From positions 412,126-436,125 of the forward strand of contig OZ241341.1 of assembly GCA_965200445.1 (NCBI GenBank): a DNA stretch of 24,000 nucleotides. Direction: 5' to 3'. The stretch comes from Mycoplasmatales bacterium. GTDB lineage: Bacteria; Bacillota_I; Bacilli_A; Mycoplasmatales; Mycoplasmataceae. The position numbers and the translations under genes were made by a program. The notes below the pieces were generated by a model. That model worked only from the letters and a program-made list of their open reading frames with translations. It did not search any database and had not been told where the DNA came from. This document shows, piece by piece, positions 19,474 through 24,000 of the stretch (positions within the stretch are counted from its first letter, which is position 1; every line of letters begins with the position of its first letter).

Positions 19474-19483
19474 AAAATTTTTA

Positions 19484-20521
19484 TTAATTTAAAATTTTTT
19501 GAATCAAAATTCTTTTATAAGGGACCACATACAAAGAGTTGTTTTTGCAATCTTTATATTTGATACTTTTCCCGTAAAAATTATTTCTATATAAAGGATT
19601 ATATTTTATATACACGCAGCCTTTCCCGTTTTTAACTATTTTACCCTTACCACTACCACTTAGTTGTGTCATTAAAAAGTTATTTTTAAAAGTGCACAAT
19701 TCAGATGTCCCCACACCAATTATTTTAAATTGTTGAGGGTTATGTTTGTGCATGTAACTGATCGGAACTCCTATAATGCCGTTATAATCTTTGGGTATAT
19801 CTGCCACTTTATCACAGTTAATAGCATCATAATTAACATACATAGGATAGTCTAATTCATTGTATTTAGCGGTTAGGATAATTTCATCATGCCTTTTATT
19901 ATGATCTAAATTAGTAAATCAACACATATTAGGGATTGCAATAAGATCTTCTTTGTTTTTACCAGTTTGAGTGTTCTCATAAGGACTTTTGAATGACATT
20001 ACCCCGTGATTAATACCTAGTCAAATTTTATTTTTCATAACCTGCCTAAACACACTGGTAATACCAAGTTTATTTTGAGAACCTAATATAATAAATTTTT
20101 TTCTATATTCCATTAATTGATTCACATATTCCTGAAATAAACTAAATGGCGGATTAGTAATAATAATGTCTGCTTGTTTTAAAATATTGATACATTCTTC
20201 ACTACGAAAATCACCATTGCCTTGTAAAGGAATTTTCAAGGATTTCTGACCATAAGAATTAATTTCTAAGTAATATGTTGCATGATTTTTATGATAATGC
20301 GTAGCTATTAATTTTTTTAATTTAAAGATACCAAAATTATTGTTGAAGTATCTTCAAAAATTAGAATTCTCAGGGTCATCACAGTTTAACAAAATTGTTT
20401 TATTTTTAAAATAAGACATATAATAACACAATTCTTTTTCAATATCAGTCATTGAAGTGTAGAATTCGTCTTTTTTATTTATCTTTGCTTGAAGTAATTT
20501 TTTGTTAAGCGTTGTAGGCAT
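19484..20521 (-). CDS. EcoRI-methylase-family N6-adenine DNA methyltransferase
   Basis: ATG 20521 to TAA 19484-19486 is continuous with three TGA read as Trp (345 aa), joining two ORF-track fragments. Motifs are KDEFYTSMTDIEKEL, ILLNCDDPENSNFW, GNGDFRSEEC, catalytic IIITNPPFSLF (NPPF at 20144-20155), KFIILGSQN, NMCW(TGA)FTNLD, YVNYDAINC and IIGVPISYMHKHNPQQFKIIG. This is the motif order I associate with the EcoRI_methylase family. Confidence 0.85.
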
Positions 20522-20523
20522 AA

Positions 20524-21660
20524 TTAATATTTATCACTTTTTCTAGCATTACAATCACGGCACAAAATTTGACAATTATCTAAGGTTGTAGTCCCTCCTT
20601 TGGAAAAAGGCTTCACATGGTCTGCAGCAGCTTCATCAAAACTAATTTTTCTGCCACATTTTTGGCATTTTTCTGATTGTTTTTTATATATTTTTCTTTT
20701 ATCATTTTCTGAAAATAATCTTAATTGAATCATTTGAGGATTACCCGATAAGGCGTACTCAAAAACGTTTTTTGGGTTTGCGATCGATTGATTATTTATA
20801 ACTTCATTGATTCTTCTTTTTAATATTACCTGGGAATATTTTTTATGAGAATATTTTTGATAAATTTTTCCTCATGCAACTTGGTTTAAATATTGAGTAA
20901 TTGTGGAATCTGGCTTAGGGAAGGTATCGTTTATTCAGTCAACTACGTGCTGAAAAAAATTTCATAAAGGTTTGGCTAGTAAATCATTTCTATGCTTTGA
21001 CATATAATCATCTATTGATTGAAACCTAGGATTATTTTGGCAATACCATTGAATTGCTGTTTCAAGGTAGTCTTGACGATTTGGAGAACCCTTAATGTAT
21101 TTTTTTGCAATTCGATAAGCAGGCCCTTGATTCTTACTAAAATATTTTTTAGCATTTGAAACTCATGATCCATTATAAACAGCATTTCTAATTTCTTGTT
21201 TTTTTAAAGGTTCACCCGACACATTTACAATTTGAAACCAATTAATAACTTCTTCATCACTGCCTTTACATACATATATTGTAAAGCGATGATAATTTAA
21301 TATTGTGGTTTGATACTCTTTATCTCTGTTATGAAAATTTTTAGGATAATTATGTTCATCAGGCATTGAAAAGGATGGATTAGTAACATATTTACAAAAA
21401 CTTATAATTCGCTGCTGGCCATCTAAAACTTCATATTGGTCTTTCCCGTTTTCAACTCAGTACATAACATTTAATGGATAATCATTTTCGATACTTTTTA
21501 TTACTTCATTTCTTTGTTTATCGTTATAAACTCATTCCCTTTGATACTTAGGACGAATATTTAGTTTACCTCTATATCCTGTAACACCTTCTTCCCCATT
21601 ATCTATAAAATCTTTAGCAATATCTCTAACAGATATGTTCTTTTTAATGCTTATTTCCAA
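20524..21660 (-). CDS. DUF262 (ParB/GmrSD-N-like) plus HNH endonuclease fusion protein
   Basis: TTG 21660 lies 7 nt after a GAGGAG RBS. I checked the frame codon by codon: it is continuous to TAA 20524-20526 with six TGA read as Trp (378 aa). The N-terminus has RPKYQREW(TGA)VYN and VLDGQQRI (DGQQR at 21409-21423), the DUF262 hallmarks. The C-terminus has CQKCG...ADHVKPFSKGG...NCQILCRDCNARK (20539-20667), a canonical zinc-bearing HNH. Confidence 0.8.
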
Positions 21661-21689
21661 AAATATTCTCCTCTAAAACTCGAAAATAA

Positions 21690-21708
21690 GGGTGTATTTT
21701 AAAAAACA
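21690..21708 (-). promoter_or_regulatory. near-palindrome GTGTATTTT|AAAAAACAC in the 113-nt spacer upstream of the nuclease-methylase pair
   Basis: An 18-bp inverted repeat with one mismatch, about 30-50 nt upstream of the TTG start. On the - strand it contains a TAAAAT -10-like hexamer. It could be an operator, a promoter, or a weak terminator for the lemA operon. Confidence 0.25.
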
Positions 21709-21773
21709 CAGTTTTTGTTTTTCTTGTTTTAATTATTGTTTATTTTTTAAATTTAGTGAGAAGTTAAGTAGAG

Positions 21774-22859
21774 CTATTTAATGTTAGTGTCTTCTAAGGC
21801 CTTTTTGCGCGCGTAACGTTCGATACCCAAAACTTTTTCTCATTTCATATTTTCAATCATGTATTCCACATCATTGATAATTTTGTTAATAATAATTTCC
21901 ACGGTTTTTTTATAAGTAGATCCGACAGGTAAATGGATCAGAATTTTACTGTAGTCAGTTAAATTAAAAATTCTTTGGAAAGCAAAGTTGACAATCACCC
22001 GGTGGTCGTTAATTCATATGCGCGGTGGTTTTTTGTCGTCACTTTGTTCCTTAACAAAATCTAAGATATTGGCCATGATTCTTGGTTGAAAAAAGCGCCT
22101 TAGCTGCACAGGATTCTGATAGTCAATTTCAAACATTTTTTCAAATTCAGTTGACTCTAATCCTTCTTGAATTTCTTCTTTGCTTAGCTTACTTTTTTCT
22201 CGTCCGAACAAACCACGTTTTTCAGGGAATAGGGCAGTAGTTAATTCAGTAGATTCACTGGTTAAAAAAGTAATATAGTGTCAAGCTTCATAAATCGTCA
22301 CATCGTTGTTGCGGACTCGCACAACATGTGATGTTAATAATGAACCAAAATCATATTTAACATTGCCCTGCATAGCATTTAAATTTCAGGATTCATAATA
22401 TTTGGGCTGATTTTTTTTAATTTTAAAGTAACCAAAGATTTCGTAAACTGGATTAACGTTAGTCCCACCATCAGTTACTCCTTGCAGCTTAATATTTTTG
22501 TACTTGTTAGCAAAAATTTTGTTGGCAACACTGGCGACAAATTCCTTGTCAAAGATGTCCTGTAATTTGTGACTAATCTTACCTTGTTGCGTCGATATTA
22601 TTAGTCCAATAACAACGATAATTCCCCCGATAATAAATAAGGCAATTGCCAATGGTTCTAAGCCATTACCAGAATTAAACAAAATATAGCCCCCCACATC
22701 AATGATCACCCCTAATACGATGATCCCGTAGACGAAGTATTTAAATAGTCTTAATTGAAACAGCAGCTGAACTTTAGTAATTTTGGCTTGTTTGAGTTTG
22801 CCAATGATTTGTTCTTCAATAGCAAGCCTTTGTGCAGGCTCTAGGTCATTTATTTCCAT
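21774..22859 (-). CDS. two-TM membrane protein, LemA-associated (DUF3137-like)
   Basis: ATG 22859 to TAG 21774-21776 is continuous with four TGA read as Trp (361 aa), joining two ORF-track fragments. It has two adjacent hydrophobic helices (FKYFVYGIIVLGVIIDVGGYILF and LAIALFIIGGIIVVIGLIIS) and then a soluble domain of about 260 aa. It sits 37 nt downstream of lemA, an arrangement I recall for LemA plus DUF3137 pairs. Confidence 0.6.
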
Positions 22860-22896
22860 ATTTAATTAACTAAAAACAATATTTTAATGGTAATAA

Positions 22897-23508
22897 TTAA
22901 AATTCGATTTTAACATCCTTGCGGTCAGCTTCAGAAGCTTCAAAATAAGGATAAGTCTTTACATGTTTTGAGGCAGCGGGTACATTGTTAGGGTAGGTTA
23001 GAATAAATGAGTTGAAACCTCTTACGCTGGTATTGTAAAAGCGACGAGATGCAGCAATATTATCTTCTATATTTTGACTTGCTTCTTGCAGTTGCAAAAC
23101 ATTGTTGCTTGACTTTAGATTAGGATAATTTTCTAATTGAACATTGATGCTACGTAGCAAGCCAGCAGTTTCTGAGTTAACTTTATTAATTTGGTCTGGG
23201 GTAATTTTATTTTGCACACTTTGGCGTAGTTCGGTAATTTTAGAATAAGTGCTTTTTTCAAATTCCATGCTACCTTTTACTGCTGAAACTAATTTGGTAA
23301 TTAAATCAAATCTTTTCTTCAGTTGTACATCAATACCAGATGCTGTGTCATCAACTTGTTGGGCCATACGTACAATGTTATTTCGAGCGATAATAAATCA
23401 TATCCACCCTAAGAAAAGTGGCAGAGTTAAGCCGATATATAAAATTATTTTTCCAAAACCGGCAGGCTTTGGTTCTTGGATTTTATTTTCAGGTGTAATT
23501 TCCTTCAT
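22897..23508 (-). CDS. lemA: LemA family membrane protein
   Basis: ATG 23508 (AAAGGAA RBS) precedes an N-terminal TM helix (IILYIGLTLPLFLGWIW(TGA)FII) and then a LemA-like body (IDVQLKKRFDLITKLVSAVKG...ELRQS...QLENYPNLKS...LQEA...NIAASRRFYN). The ORF track's ATG 23367 would remove the TM anchor. 203 aa. Confidence 0.88.
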
Positions 23509-23556
23509 AGTAATATTCCTTTAAAATTAGTTTATTTGTATTGGTTCTATTAATTT

Positions 23557-23562
23557 ATTATA
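23557..23562 (-). promoter_or_regulatory. candidate -10 box (TATAAT on the - strand) for the lemA operon
   Basis: The - strand reads ...ATATTTGCTATAATAAATT..., about 48 nt upstream of the lemA ATG. No convincing -35 is present. Confidence 0.35.
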
Positions 23563-23580
23563 GCAAATATCTTGTAATTA

Positions 23581-24000
23581 TTACTTTAGCTTAAAGTGCA
23601 ACTTCATTATGTGCTGTTGGGTCTCAAGCGGTAATGTTTTTTTGAGATATTTAGCATATTGTTGGGTCTCTAAACTAGCCCCTAATAAAGGTGTTATGTG
23701 GAATTGATTTTGTAGTTGCTGCATAGACTTTAGGAACTGGTACCGGCTTATTATCGACGCCACTGCCACCGCTAGATAATCTTGTTCAGCGCGAACTACT
23801 AAATTGAGATCCTTGTTTCATATTGGTTTTAATTGCAAATTATGTAAATAACCCTGTCAATTTTTCAGCGAGCAGTATGCATCAATAATAACGGCTGGGT
23901 TTTTTAAATGGTGTTTTTGTATTAATTGGGTTATAGCTTTTTCGTGCAGGTATGTTTTTAAAATATGGCTATTTTGATACTGCTGGTATAGATGGTTGTA
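23581..24000 (-). CDS. ribonuclease HII/HIII-family protein, C-terminal part (5' end outside window)
   Basis: The frame is open to the window edge with two TGA read as Trp. RAEQDYLAVAVASIISRYQFLKSM...LLGAS...KLHFKLK resembles the RNase HIII/HII C-terminal catalytic-Asp segment and tail. Stop is TAA 23581-23583. Confidence 0.6.

Larger units (their letters stand above)
18156..19483. other. 1.33-kb ORF-free, extremely AT-rich tract between convergent gene ends
   Basis: No ORF of 60 aa or more on either strand in the track. Reading TGA as Trp does not help, because TAA/TAG (and TTA/CTA on the other strand) recur every few codons in all frames I scanned. Some 60-nt lines contain only 5-7 G+C. 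This contrasts with gaps of 0-140 nt elsewhere in the window. Confidence 0.7.

Noticed and set aside
18156-19483. Possible CRISPR array, tRNA/rRNA gene or oriC in the AT-rich tract.
   Set aside because: There is no regularly spaced repeat-spacer pattern; only one 15-mer pair and one inverted-repeat pair are present. G+C is far too low for structured tRNA or rRNA. I found no clustered TTATCCACA-like DnaA boxes, and dnaA is not adjacent.
20290-21210. Homopolymeric A/T7 tracts inside the methylase and nuclease genes as phase-variation switches.
   Set aside because: The tracts are only 6-7 nt, encode Lys-Lys or Phe-Phe, and are no longer than similar runs in the housekeeping genes of this AT-rich genome. 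Both genes are in frame. Nothing indicates ON/OFF switching.
19484-21773. Mobile-element boundaries (IS element, integrase, direct-repeat att sites) around the nuclease-methylase module.
   Set aside because: No transposase, integrase or recombinase ORF exists in the window. I could not find matching terminal inverted or direct repeats flanking the two genes. Horizontal origin is suggested only by composition and context.

Overview
This is a chromosomal segment from a Mollicutes-type genome that reads UGA as Trp (translation table 4). Almost every conserved gene is split by in-frame TGA in the standard-code ORF track. Each becomes one continuous, recognisable protein when TGA is read as Trp, for example GW(TGA)DTHGLP in IleRS. 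The + strand (1-18155) is a tightly packed housekeeping block. It carries pheS (partial), pheT, rpmF, a class II fructose-bisphosphate aldolase, a translationally coupled class II fumarase and NAD(P)-malic enzyme pair, and a stripped-down division cluster. That cluster runs MraZ boxes, mraZ, rsmH, divergent ftsA-like, ftsZ, sepF and a small coiled-coil gene. It continues with ileS, lspA, rluD, a rhomboid-fold membrane protein lacking the catalytic residues, and a dCMP deaminase. A tract of about 1.33 kb follows (18156-19483). It is extremely AT-rich and has no ORF on either strand under either code. The - strand (19484-24000) carries rnhC-like (partial), lemA and a two-TM DUF3137-like partner. 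At the 3' end of that gene string sits a low-GC two-gene module: a DUF262 (ParB-like, DGQQR) plus HNH fusion nuclease, followed 2 nt later by an EcoRI-family N6-adenine methyltransferase. This module and the adjacent ORF-free tract are the most likely accessory or novel content. I saw no rRNA, tRNA, CRISPR array, transposase or integrase. All family assignments rest on motif recognition by eye and recalled family consensus; no database search was run.
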